A stretch of 64,000 nt of DNA from Polyangiales bacterium (GCA_038230375.1 JBBRNJ010000045.1:1-64000), one strand, 5' to 3'. Positions 52,153 through 61,830 are shown, counted from the first letter of the stretch. The notes: generated from the sequence alone by a model not told the origin. Numbers and translations are program-made.

Positions 52153-53790
52153 TCACTGCGGATCCGGCATCGCACCGGGGCTGAAGCACGAACGCCGGTA
52201 CCGCTTGATGCCGTTCGCGTCAACGACGTACGGCGGGTCGCAGCTCGCCGCGGAGGACGCGGATGAGGGCGGCGCTGCGGACGAGGATGCTGCGACGGGC
52301 GCGCGCTTTCTGGCGCTGGACCCGGCAGGCCGCACGCCAGGTACGGTGCCGCCAGTCGCGAGCGCGGGCGGGTCGGTGAGCTCGATCATGTCGGGCGAGA
52401 CGGGCACGGGTGGCGAAGGGGTCAGTGCGATCTGCGCCGATGTGACCGGTGCAATGGCCGGCGGCGCCTGCTGCATGCGTGCATAGTACACGAGTGCGAC
52501 GGCGAGCCCGACGAACAGCGCCGCGAAGAGAGGCCAGAGGCCCGTACGAAGAGGCGCACGTGCGGGCTCCTCATGCAGCAGCGGCGGTGGCGTGTTCGTG
52601 ACGATCGCCGGCTTCGCGATCGTCATCGCGTCGTCGAACGTGGTGGCATCCGCGATCGCAGGCGACGCCGGAGCTGGCGACGTGGCCGGCGGCGGCGTGG
52701 AGAGGCTGGCGACAGCCATGGGGGCGGTCGTCTCGAACCGAACAGCCGTGAGCGCGCCGCCGAGCAGCGCGATGCTCTGGAGGCGCTCACCCACGGGTAG
52801 CAGGCACTGTGCGATCACAGCCTCGAGCTCCGGCGACACGTCCGCGCGCGGGGACGAGACGCGCACGCGTTCGCCCTTCAGGATCCGTGCACGCAGCGCG
52901 AGCACGTCACCGCTGCCGAACGGCGCCTGGCCGTACAGCAGGTGGTGCAGCGTTGCACCGAGCGACCACACGTCCGTCCGCGCGTCCACGGGGAAGCCCT
53001 GGATCTGCTCGGGCGACATGAACGGCGGAGAGCCGACGATGGAGCCCGAGAGGCTCGCGGCCGTGTGATCGGCGCCTTCATAGCTAGCGCCCGGCAGCGC
53101 CTTCGCGAGGCCGAAATCCAGCACCTTGAGCACCGGCTCCGCGTCGCTCTCCGTCAGGAAGATGTTCCCCGGCTTGATGTCGCGGTGCACGATCCCCGCA
53201 GCATGCGCCTCGGTGAGCGCGTCGCACGCGTCGAGCGCATAGCGGACGGCGTCCTTCACGGGGAGCGGCCCGTTGCGCTTCACGAGCGCGCCAAGGTCGG
53301 CGCCGTGCAGCAGCTCCATGACGATGAACGGCTCGCCGTCGTCGGTCGTCTCGATGTCCAGCACGCGCACCACGTGCTTGCTGTGCAGGGATGCGACGGC
53401 GCGTGCCTCGCGGTCGAAGCGCCGCAGCACGTCGGGGTCACCCACGAGCGCCTTGTGGATGGTCTTGATGGCGACACGCCGCCCGAGCTTCACGTGCCGC
53501 GCCGCGACCACGCGCCCCATTCCGCCGCGCGCGATCTCGTACTCCACCACGTACTTCCCGCCGAGTATGACCTCGGGCTCACGGCGCGGCGACGACGAGC
53601 TCCCACGCGAACCTGCTCGCGAGCCGGCGCTGGTCTTCGGATCACGCGTGATCGCGACAACCAGGTCGCGACACCCATCACAGCCGAGCAGGTGGGCGCG
53701 GACCTCGTCCTCCTCTGCCGTGGGCAGCGAGCCCTCTACATAGAGGAGCACGTACTCGTCCGTCGGACACGTGGGCGCGGGCGTCGACAT
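52153..53790 (-). CDS. Membrane Ser/Thr kinase with N-terminal zf-HC2 (ZAS anti-sigma) domain
   Basis: HLLGCDGC (HxxxCxxC); ARGGMG, HRDIKPGN, DFG, MSPEQ; TM; C-terminal CDPPYVVDANGIKRYRRSC. Confidence 0.9.
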   Translation of the reverse strand: MSTPAPTCPTDEYVLLYVEGSLPTAEEDEVRAHLLGCDGCRDLVVAITRDPKTSAGSRAGSRGSSSSPRREPEVILGGKYVVEYEIARGGMGRVVAARHVKLGRRVAIKTIHKALVGDPDVLRRFDREARAVASLHSKHVVRVLDIETTDDGEPFIVMELLHGADLGALVKRNGPLPVKDAVRYALDACDALTEAHAAGIVHRDIKPGNIFLTESDAEPVLKVLDFGLAKALPGASYEGADHTAASLSGSIVGSPPFMSPEQIQGFPVDARTDVWSLGATLHHLLYGQAPFGSGDVLALRARILKGERVRVSSPRADVSPELEAVIAQCLLPVGERLQSIALLGGALTAVRFETTAPMAVASLSTPPPATSPAPASPAIADATTFDDAMTIAKPAIVTNTPPPLLHEEPARAPLRTGLWPLFAALFVGLAVALVYYARMQQAPPAIAPVTSAQIALTPSPPVPVSPDMIELTDPPALATGGTVPGVRPAGSSARKRAPVAASSSAAPPSSASSAASCDPPYVVDANGIKRYRRSCFSPGAMPDPQ

Positions 53791-53854
53791 CTTGCTGGGG
53801 TTCGTCTCGTTCACAGTGTACGCCGCGACATTCGACACGGTACCCGAACTATTT

Positions 53855-53883
53855 CTGAGAAGCGCCGGAGGTGGCTGCGTCAG
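53855..53883 (+). promoter_or_regulatory. Putative ECF promoter CTGAGAAG-N14-GCGTCAG (copy 2)
   Basis: Matches the reverse complement of 52082-52110; ends 5 nt before ATG 53889. Confidence 0.7.
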
Positions 53884-53888
53884 TGACC

Positions 53889-55184
53889 ATGAAGACGAAC
53901 CTCCGCCCCTTCCGCACTGCCCTCTCGATCCTCTCTCTTGCCGCAGGCGCAACAGCCTGCGCGTCCGAGCCCGCGACCACGGCGGCGAATGGTGACACGA
54001 CTGCCGTAGGCCAGAACCCGGCGCCGGCAGGCGATCAAGGCGCGGCGAACAACGGCGGCAAGAGCGCCGAGCCGACGGGGCCCGCAGCCAATCCGCAGTC
54101 GCTTCCGGAGATGCCGTACGGCGGCGGCCGGATCATCGCGGATCCAAGCATCGTGACCGTGACGGTGGACGGAGATCCGATGCAGGCGGACCTGGAAGCG
54201 TTCGGCGACATGGTCGGCACCACGGCGTGGTGGGACGCCGTTCGGGCCGGTTACTGCGACGCGCAGCACAACTGCATCGGCAAGGCGACCGGCGGCGCGC
54301 ACCTCCGCGTGCCCGCGAACGCATGGCAGACCAGCTTGACGGACTCCTTTACCGAGGGCGAGCCATCCACGCTGAAGGCGTACCTGGTGAACCTGTTCAC
54401 GACCGGACAGCTGCCCGCGCCCACCGTCAACACACTGGTGATGGTCTATCTGCCAGAGGGCAGCAGCGTCACGGCAGACGGCGACGCCACGTGCGACGGG
54501 ATGGACGCCTATCATAACTGGACCACGTACCAGGGCGTGCAGTTCGCGTTCGGCGTCGTGGGCCGATGCTCGGACGGGAAGACCACCGCGCCCACACTGA
54601 ACTTCACCACAGAGGTCGCGAGCCACGAGATCGCGGAGGCCGCGACCAACCCGATCTTCGATCCGAACGAGGCGTGGAGCAGCCGCGGCGACGCATGGGA
54701 TCTCTTCGGCGGCGAGGTCGGTGACCGGTGCCAGGACGACTTCATGGCGTCACCGCCACGCGTCAGTGAGCGCGGCTTCGTGTTCCAGCGCTCCTACTCC
54801 AACACCGCCGCGAAGGCCGGCCACGACCCGTGCGTGCCCGCGCCCGCATCGCCGTACTTCAACGTGAAGCCGCGCGACGGGAACAACTACGAGATGACCG
54901 TCGGCCAGTCGCTGACGATCCCCTTGACCGCGATCTCCGACGCGCCGCTCTCGGCCTTCAAGGTGACCGCGAAGGAGGCGACGAACACGTTCGGACTGGG
55001 AGACAACGTGCTCGACGTGTCGCTGAGCGCAGGCCACCTGACGCCGGGCCAGGCCGCCACGCTCACCGTGAAGCTCAAGTCCCGACCGAAGCGCTATGTG
55101 CTGGTCGTGCTCGAGAGCACCGCGACGACGGCCGATGGGACCGTGGTGCACGAGTGGCCGATCCTGCTCTCGATCAAGAAGTGA
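53889..55184 (+). CDS. Lipoprotein with Phi-1/EXORDIUM-like domain
   Basis: Lipobox ATAC; YGGGRII, AYH, ASHEIAEAATNP, EVGDRC, YSN...DPC. Confidence 0.6.
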   Translation: MKTNLRPFRTALSILSLAAGATACASEPATTAANGDTTAVGQNPAPAGDQGAANNGGKSAEPTGPAANPQSLPEMPYGGGRIIADPSIVTVTVDGDPMQADLEAFGDMVGTTAWWDAVRAGYCDAQHNCIGKATGGAHLRVPANAWQTSLTDSFTEGEPSTLKAYLVNLFTTGQLPAPTVNTLVMVYLPEGSSVTADGDATCDGMDAYHNWTTYQGVQFAFGVVGRCSDGKTTAPTLNFTTEVASHEIAEAATNPIFDPNEAWSSRGDAWDLFGGEVGDRCQDDFMASPPRVSERGFVFQRSYSNTAAKAGHDPCVPAPASPYFNVKPRDGNNYEMTVGQSLTIPLTAISDAPLSAFKVTAKEATNTFGLGDNVLDVSLSAGHLTPGQAATLTVKLKSRPKRYVLVVLESTATTADGTVVHEWPILLSIKK

Positions 55185-55198
55185 GCGGCGCGGGGGTT

Positions 55199-57511
55199 CT
55201 ACTTCGCGTAGATGGCCACGCCGCGCGCGCCGAGCGTCGTCACGAGTGCGCCGTTCTGCACCGTGACGGACGGGCCGCCGAGCAGATCCTTCAGCACCGT
55301 GCCGTTCGCCAGGTTGAGCGAAGGCGGCAGCTGCGCGTTCACGGAGTCACCCGTGATGTTCTTCGTCATGGTGACGAGCGCGACGTCGCCTGCGCTGGTC
55401 TGTCGCGCGAACACCATCCAGCTCTCCTCCGCGTGCACCGGCACGTAGTCGCCGCGACGGAGCGCGACGTTGGACTTGCGGGCCTGCCCGAGCGCGCGCG
55501 CGAATGAGAGCGTGCCAGCCTCGTCACCGGTCACGCTGTCGCCACGCCAGTCAGCGCGATTGTTCGGGTCTGCGCCGCCCCACTGCCCGTACTCGTCGCC
55601 GTAGTAGACGAGCGGCGCACCGGGCTGCGTGAGGAGCCACGCAAGACCCAGCTTGTGGCGGGCATAGGTGTCGGCGTCCGGCGGCGAACCCGCGATGTTG
55701 CTCCACTGATTGCCTGGAATTCCCGGGTCGTGCGATGCGTCCTGCCCGCGGTAGCTCGCGAGCGTGATGAAGCGCGACGAGTCCTGGCTGCCGATGTACG
55801 GCGTCATGATCGCGCCGGCGGGGTACTGGGTGGTGGCCTGCTGCGACCAGTAGTCCGCGTGGATGAGGCCCTTGTTGTCCGTGGAGAACACGTTCGTGGG
55901 CACCGCGTAATACGTGACGAAATCGATCTGCCCATCCAGCCCGTGCGGACCGATCGCGCGGCTGATGAGATCATACTGGCTCTGGTTGCACGCCACACCG
56001 CAGTCGCTCCAGCCGGTGGCGGTCTCGCCCGTCATGAAGACGCGCGTGCCGGCCTTCTCGAACTCGTCGCGGATGGACGCGGTGAGATTGATGACCGCGG
56101 CGTCCTCCACGTGCTTCACAGCGTCGAAGCGGAAGCCGTCCAGGTCGAAGGTGTCGAGCCACCACGCGGCGTCGGCCTCGAACTGATCGGACACCTGTGG
56201 CACCGTCCAGTTCACGTCAGGCATGTACGTGGCGAAGAGGCAGTCCAGGCGGTGGCTGTCCCAGTCGCAGTTGTTCGTGCCGCACACGCAGCCCGTGCGG
56301 AACCAGTCCTTGTGCTGCGTGAAGTACTCGTGCTCCTGGTGCACGTGGTTCACGACGAAGTCCTGGAGGATGCGGATGCCGTGCTTGTGCGCCTCGGTCA
56401 CGAGCGCCTTCAGCGCGGCCTCGCCTCCGAAGCGCGGCTCCACCTCACGCGCCTTCGTGGGCCAGTAGCCGTGATAGCCGGTGACCTGGTGCACGCCATC
56501 GGCGGCGGGGAACGCGCCCTTGGGGTTCGTGTGCAGCGGCGAGAGCCAGATGGCGCGGATGCCGAGCTTGTCGAACGTGCCGTCCGTGATCTTTGCGGTG
56601 ACGCCGCCGAAGTCGCCGCCGTGGTAGTCCGCGCGTGGGTCGACGCCGTTGATGGGCGCTGCGTCGTTCGACTTGTCGGCGTTGCCGAACCTGTCGACCA
56701 TGGCCATGTAGATGACCGCGTCGTTCCAGATGAACGGCGTGGCCTCTGCCCAGAAGACCAGGCGCAGCGGCTTCGCGGAGGTGCCTCCCTGATCCTTCGC
56801 GTTCACGAAGAGCGTGTATTTCCCGTCTGCGAGCTGCGCGGTCTTGAACGAGATGCTCTTCTTCGTGGCGTCGAACGTGACGGGGACGGTGGTGTCGGCG
56901 CCGTCCTTGTGGAGCGTCGCGGTGATCGTGCTCTCCCGGATCGAAGGGTGTTGCTTGCCGTCGGCCCACTGCACCGTGCCGGAGAACACACTGCCCGAGA
57001 GCGACTTCTGCGAGAGCGTGAGGCTCGGCTCGTAACAGTTCGCGACGCGCACGCCGCTGTTCTCCACGCCGCCGACGTACCTGCGATACGACGCGTTCGC
57101 GTCCAGCTGGTAGTTCGCGCCGTCCGTGATGATCTTGTAGCCGGTCATGCCGGGCGTGAGCTGCACGGTGGCGGTGTATGCGCCGTTCGCGTCGGGGCCC
57201 TTCATGGCGGTGCCGGGCTTCGCGAACATGTTCCACTCGCCCGCGAGCGCGGCGCTCTGGACCGTGGTGCCCACGGCGGGCTTCCACGTGAAGGTCACGT
57301 CGCACGGACCCGTGCTCGGCCCCGCATCTACGTTGCCATTGCCGCCGTCCATATCGCCGGGCATGCCGGGCGTGCCGCCACCTTCAGCGCTGCCGTCCAG
57401 GCCGTCGAGCGGGGGAGCAGCGTAGGTAGACGTGCCCGTGTCGCACGCGGCGACCGCGGCCACGACAAACAATGTGCATATTACACTGAACAGGGCAGCG
57501 GGCTTGTTCAC
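55199..57511 (-). CDS. GH13 alpha-amylase family lipoprotein with N-terminal CBM48-like domain
   Basis: Lipobox VAAC; LAGEWN...GYKIITDG; YHGYW, VVNH, DGFRFDAVKHV, GE, GSQD; GTGA coupling. Confidence 0.9.
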   Translation of the reverse strand: MNKPAALFSVICTLFVVAAVAACDTGTSTYAAPPLDGLDGSAEGGGTPGMPGDMDGGNGNVDAGPSTGPCDVTFTWKPAVGTTVQSAALAGEWNMFAKPGTAMKGPDANGAYTATVQLTPGMTGYKIITDGANYQLDANASYRRYVGGVENSGVRVANCYEPSLTLSQKSLSGSVFSGTVQWADGKQHPSIRESTITATLHKDGADTTVPVTFDATKKSISFKTAQLADGKYTLFVNAKDQGGTSAKPLRLVFWAEATPFIWNDAVIYMAMVDRFGNADKSNDAAPINGVDPRADYHGGDFGGVTAKITDGTFDKLGIRAIWLSPLHTNPKGAFPAADGVHQVTGYHGYWPTKAREVEPRFGGEAALKALVTEAHKHGIRILQDFVVNHVHQEHEYFTQHKDWFRTGCVCGTNNCDWDSHRLDCLFATYMPDVNWTVPQVSDQFEADAAWWLDTFDLDGFRFDAVKHVEDAAVINLTASIRDEFEKAGTRVFMTGETATGWSDCGVACNQSQYDLISRAIGPHGLDGQIDFVTYYAVPTNVFSTDNKGLIHADYWSQQATTQYPAGAIMTPYIGSQDSSRFITLASYRGQDASHDPGIPGNQWSNIAGSPPDADTYARHKLGLAWLLTQPGAPLVYYGDEYGQWGGADPNNRADWRGDSVTGDEAGTLSFARALGQARKSNVALRRGDYVPVHAEESWMVFARQTSAGDVALVTMTKNITGDSVNAQLPPSLNLANGTVLKDLLGGPSVTVQNGALVTTLGARGVAIYAK

Positions 57512-59820
57512 GCGTTCCTCTTCGAACGCTTGCGAAGCAGACCCGTAAGGGCGAGCGCCGCGAGCATGAACCCAGCGGTATTGCCGCCTTCGCCACGACC
57601 AGCGGTCGCACACCCGCCGTCGTTGTCCTTCTTGTTCGCCGCGGCGCCGTCCTGGGTGAGGCCGGGATCCATGCCGCCGTCGTTCGTACCGCCGTCGACC
57701 GCGGAGCCTGCGCCCCCGTCCTTGCCGCTCACGCCGCCGTCGGTGGTGCCGGGCTCCGGGGGCTCGCTCGCATACGCGCCGCACGTGGGAATGCCGGCTG
57801 AGCCGCGATCGGCCAGCGCGATGAGGTATGCCCCGGCGCCGAAGCCGACCATGGGCGCCTCACCGACGTAGTCGGCGCTGACGCGGTCGTGCAGCTCCGA
57901 CAGCTGGTTGTAGTTGTCCGCAGCCTGCGCCACGTTCCACGCGAACGCAGTGGACGCAGAGGCGGTGTCGCCGTTGAGCTCCATCGCGCGCTGCGAGCGC
58001 TGGTCCACGAAGACCCACTCCTGCGAGTCGTACCAGGCGGGGATGTTGCTGCGCATGAAGCCACGCCCGCTCGGCGGAACCAGGCCGGCCTTGATGGACG
58101 CGAGTGACGCCTTCGCGGTGTGGCGGTCGGGATAGACCAGACCAAAGTTGAGCGCTTCCACGACGGCGGCGTCGAGCCACTGCGTGCCAGAGGCAAGGCC
58201 TTCGGTGCTCTGCGCAAGCGTGCCATCCGGCGCGCGAAGGTGCGTGAGCAAGGCGTCGCGAGCCTTCTCGCCAGCGCTCTGGTACGTCATCTGCGAGCCC
58301 GTGTCGCCGACGACCTTCGCGAGGCGCGCAGCGGAGCAGAGCCCATTCGCGGCGGTGAGCGTGGTGTACGTGAAGTGACGCTCCTTGCCGTTCGTGTGGA
58401 CTTCCCAGATCGACGAATCGGCCTTGATGAGGCCCGTGGGCTCCTGGAGCGACACCAGCACGTCGGCCACCTTCGCGGAGACCGTGGACCACGCGTTGAT
58501 CGCGAACGTGTTGTCGCCCGATGCGCGCACGTACTCGTCGAGCGCCCAGAGGAAGAGGCCGAAGCCGTCGAACTCGATGTTCGGGCCGTCGGCGTTCACG
58601 TCGCTCTCTTCGGTCCCGTTGCCGAAGTAGCGCACGACGGAGATCTGGTACGGCTTGCCCACCTGCGCCTGGTAGTTGTTCGTGGTCGCGTTGAGCTGGA
58701 AGCGGAGCGCGGCCTTCGCCTCCGGGAAGTGACCCGACCGCACAAGGCCCACGGTGGCGTATGCCATGTCGCGCACCCACGTGATGTTCCACTTGCCAGG
58801 CGGCAGGCTCGCCATGATCTGGCCGTTCGCGTTGCCGCCCTCCGTGATCTGCGCGCCGCGAAGGACAACCTGCGAGGCCTTCGAGAGCGTGGCCTCCATG
58901 GGCGACGCGCCCTTTGGTGGCGCGGTGAGCCAGCCGTTCCATGCCGCGGTCTCCGCAGCGAGGATCACGTCTGGCGCGCGGCCGCTCACCCACGTGCGGA
59001 CCTTGTCGGCCTCGGGCGCGGCGTTCGAGTCGAGCGCGACCACGCTGTAGAAGCCGGCCCATCCGCTCGCGCCAACGGCAAGATTGCCCACGGACACCTG
59101 GAAGCCGGGGACCGCGTCGCTGGTGGCGCCAGTGGTCGCGTTGGTGTTGGGGAGGTCGGAGCCGCTCATGAGCAGCGGGTACGGATTGTCCGGCGTGGTC
59201 GTGTGCTTCGTGGAAGCGCTCACGCTGCCGTGCGCGAAGGTCACGTTCGCGGGGCCGTACTCGTAGAAGGCGTCGCGCGGGGCGTCGAAGAGCGTCTGCT
59301 CGGCGTCCGTGCCGGGCGCGGGCGAGCCGGAGCCCAGGTGGTAGTTGAACAGCTGGTACACGTCGACGTTGCCGCTGCCGCTCGTGCGCGTGACCTTCAC
59401 CAGCGTGATGGCCACGTTGTCGTCGAGCGTGATCGGCGCGAACACGTACTCGTCCACCGTGAGACCAGACACCGTCCGCTGCGTGTGGACAATGTTTGTA
59501 TTCTGCACGTACTCGATGAGCGTGGGCGCCACGTTGCCGAGCCACGTGCCGGTGCCACCCGCGCCGCCGACACGAACGCCGGGGTAGCTGTCGAACGCGA
59601 AGTTGCGGGACTGCACGCCGGCGGATGGATACGCGTACGGGTGCTCCAGGTGCTGCTTCATCCGGTACGTGGTGCGGTCGTACGCAATCGCCGCGCGTCC
59701 GTTCGCGGAGGGCAAAAGCTTCACGCTGGTGTGCGCCTCGACGGCGGAGGCGGGAGGCGAAACAAGGGCCATCCCCAGCCCAACCAACATGGAGAGAAGA
59801 CCTGCGCGTTTCACGGACAT
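57508..59820 (-). CDS. GH15 glucoamylase-like enzyme with MYXO-CTERM tail
   Basis: WVRD, SSIWE, LSE; C-terminal GGC-x-TM-RKRSKR. Confidence 0.82.
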   Translation of the reverse strand: MSVKRAGLLSMLVGLGMALVSPPASAVEAHTSVKLLPSANGRAAIAYDRTTYRMKQHLEHPYAYPSAGVQSRNFAFDSYPGVRVGGAGGTGTWLGNVAPTLIEYVQNTNIVHTQRTVSGLTVDEYVFAPITLDDNVAITLVKVTRTSGSGNVDVYQLFNYHLGSGSPAPGTDAEQTLFDAPRDAFYEYGPANVTFAHGSVSASTKHTTTPDNPYPLLMSGSDLPNTNATTGATSDAVPGFQVSVGNLAVGASGWAGFYSVVALDSNAAPEADKVRTWVSGRAPDVILAAETAAWNGWLTAPPKGASPMEATLSKASQVVLRGAQITEGGNANGQIMASLPPGKWNITWVRDMAYATVGLVRSGHFPEAKAALRFQLNATTNNYQAQVGKPYQISVVRYFGNGTEESDVNADGPNIEFDGFGLFLWALDEYVRASGDNTFAINAWSTVSAKVADVLVSLQEPTGLIKADSSIWEVHTNGKERHFTYTTLTAANGLCSAARLAKVVGDTGSQMTYQSAGEKARDALLTHLRAPDGTLAQSTEGLASGTQWLDAAVVEALNFGLVYPDRHTAKASLASIKAGLVPPSGRGFMRSNIPAWYDSQEWVFVDQRSQRAMELNGDTASASTAFAWNVAQAADNYNQLSELHDRVSADYVGEAPMVGFGAGAYLIALADRGSAGIPTCGAYASEPPEPGTTDGGVSGKDGGAGSAVDGGTNDGGMDPGLTQDGAAANKKDNDGGCATAGRGEGGNTAGFMLAALALTGLLRKRSKRNA

Positions 59821-59857
59821 TGGGCGTAGCACGCGCCCCGGAGCCCGCCACCGGAAA

Positions 59858-59877
59858 GTAACTCAGGGATGCGTTAC
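59858..59877. promoter_or_regulatory. Palindromic operator candidate GTAACTCA-N4-TGCGTTAC (copy 2)
   Basis: One mismatch from a perfect palindrome; upstream of the GH15-GH13 operon. Confidence 0.75.
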
Positions 59878-59891
59878 CGTTTCTTCTCCCG

Positions 59892-60485
59892 GTGAACCTT
59901 GCTAAAGTCCACCTCATGCTCCGCGGCACTGTCCTCATCGCCGTTTTTGCCTGGGTGACGGCACTTGGCTGCAACGAGGGGGCTAGCGAGCCCGCTGGCA
60001 ACTCGGGGGCCCAGACCGGGACCGTCGCGGTCGCTCCCGCGGCGCTCAGGCTCGGCCAGGCGATCGAGGCTACAGCGACCAGCGCACGGCTTGCCGACAT
60101 CGCGAAGGAGCCTCGCAAGTTCGAGAAGGCCACCATCACCACCACCGGAACGGTGACCGCGATCTGCCAGCACCGCGGTTGCTGGATGGAGATCAAGGAC
60201 GACGCCAGCGAAGCGCACATCCGCATGGCCGGCCACGCGTTCATGGTCCCTCGCAACGCCGCAGGCAAGAAGGCGAAGGTGCTCGCGCAGGTTCAGCTCT
60301 CGCAGGAAGAGCCCGCATGCGACGACGCCGACGAGGCCATGATGAGCACCGCGTCGGGGCCGGCGGCGCCGGGCCATGCCGCAAAGAAAGAAAAGAATGG
60401 CTGTCGCGCAGAGGCCGAGGAGCAGATGGGGCATCCACTTCCGAAGCTGGAGCTGGTCGCCCTCGGCGTCGAGATCTACGGGTAG
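59892..60485 (+). CDS. DUF4920-like OB-fold lipoprotein
   Basis: Lipobox ALGC; GTVTAICQHRGCWME, FMVP. Confidence 0.7.
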   Translation: MNLAKVHLMLRGTVLIAVFAWVTALGCNEGASEPAGNSGAQTGTVAVAPAALRLGQAIEATATSARLADIAKEPRKFEKATITTTGTVTAICQHRGCWMEIKDDASEAHIRMAGHAFMVPRNAAGKKAKVLAQVQLSQEEPACDDADEAMMSTASGPAAPGHAAKKEKNGCRAEAEEQMGHPLPKLELVALGVEIYG

Positions 60486-60633
60486 GGCGTTCAAGAAGTC
60501 CCAGACGCCCCCGGCTCGCATGTGATCGTCGCGACTCGGACACACGCCGTGGCACACGTTGGCGGATGCAGGACCGCTGGAAATCTGCCCAGCGCGCGAT
60601 GCCGAGCCGGCACATCCCTTGCTGCTTTCGACC

Positions 60634-61089
60634 ATGATGGATTCGATCGGAGCAAGGTTGCGCGCATGTGGGCTGCTCATTGGTATCAGCGCCATCGCGG
60701 GCTGCAGCTCGGGTGGCGCGTCAGGGGACGCGGTGGATGCAGGCCCCGCGAGCGATGCAGGTGCCGTCGAAAGTGGAACGACGAGCTGCGCGCTTCAATC
60801 GCCACCGTTCAGCAAGACCGGCTGCGGCACGTTCAGCTGCGTCGCGCACCAGTCCAACCTTCCTACATGCGACGCTGGAGCGAGTGGGAGTGACGGTGGC
60901 AACGCCGATGCGGGGGCCGGCCCGTGCCCACTCCCTGATGTCCCGAACACGTCCGACTGCGAGCACTACTGTCCCAACTACTCGGACGGTGGCATGCCGC
61001 TGATCGTTCGCGGATGTCACCATGCGGGTCAAGGAGAAGGAAGTGCCAACGATGTCGTCTGCGAGTACCTGGCGGTGTGTGGCGGTTGA
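60634..61089 (+). CDS. Small Cys-rich lipoprotein
   Basis: Lipobox IAGC; DAG linkers; multiple Cys. Confidence 0.55.
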   Translation: MMDSIGARLRACGLLIGISAIAGCSSGGASGDAVDAGPASDAGAVESGTTSCALQSPPFSKTGCGTFSCVAHQSNLPTCDAGASGSDGGNADAGAGPCPLPDVPNTSDCEHYCPNYSDGGMPLIVRGCHHAGQGEGSANDVVCEYLAVCGG

Positions 61090-61133
61090 CCTTGCCTGGC
61101 GCTGCGCTCTGGGCGTGGAAAACTACGGCTGAC

Positions 61134-61826
61134 TCAGGGCTGACCCACGCCGCAGTTCAAGCAGACCATGCGCGCTCCGGAGGACGCGACGGGGTGATGT
61201 GGAGGAAGCGTGGACGTGGACACGAGCGCCGGTGAGTGACACGAGGGACACACGGCCCCAGGATTTCTCGTCGGCAGTGTTGGCAGTGGCGGCGTGGCGT
61301 ACGCGGGTGGTCCCTCGATCAGCTTGACGACGGCCATGAGCATGAGGCCACTACCGCTCCCGGCGTAGCCGTCCATCTCGGCGGCGGCGCCTCGTTGCTC
61401 GGAGACCAGGATCTCGGCGCGCGTGTAGCAGCTTGGACAGATGGTGTTGCCGGCGATGTCGAACATCACCTCGTTCGGCAGCATAGGTGCGCCGCAGCGC
61501 GTGCAAGGCCGCATGGTTCGCACGATCGCGAGCATGCGTTCCGCCTCGGGCCGCGCGTGCTCAGCGGCCACGCCCACCGCACCGAACGCCGCGATCACGT
61601 CTTCAACTGTGCCGCCGCGAATCAGGATCCACTTCGCCTCTTCACGAAGCCGAGCGGGATCGCGAGCCGCCGCCTCGCTCTTCAATCGAACGAGCTCCGA
61701 CACGAACGCGTACACCTCGTCGTTCGTGCCGCCGAGCTCCACGATGCGCGCATGCACGGCCTCGGGCGGGCGACCGTCCTTCAGCATCTCGATCGCGAGC
61801 GCGCGTTGCTCCTCGGTGATGGTCAT
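61134..61826 (-). CDS. Hypothetical protein with four CxxC pairs (zinc-ribbon-like)
   Basis: CTRC, CPSC, CPSC, CLNC; GAGG SD just after the RND stop. Confidence 0.6.
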   Translation of the reverse strand: MTITEEQRALAIEMLKDGRPPEAVHARIVELGGTNDEVYAFVSELVRLKSEAAARDPARLREEAKWILIRGGTVEDVIAAFGAVGVAAEHARPEAERMLAIVRTMRPCTRCGAPMLPNEVMFDIAGNTICPSCYTRAEILVSEQRGAAAEMDGYAGSGSGLMLMAVVKLIEGPPAYATPPLPTLPTRNPGAVCPSCHSPALVSTSTLPPHHPVASSGARMVCLNCGVGQP

Positions 61827-61830
61827 CGCC

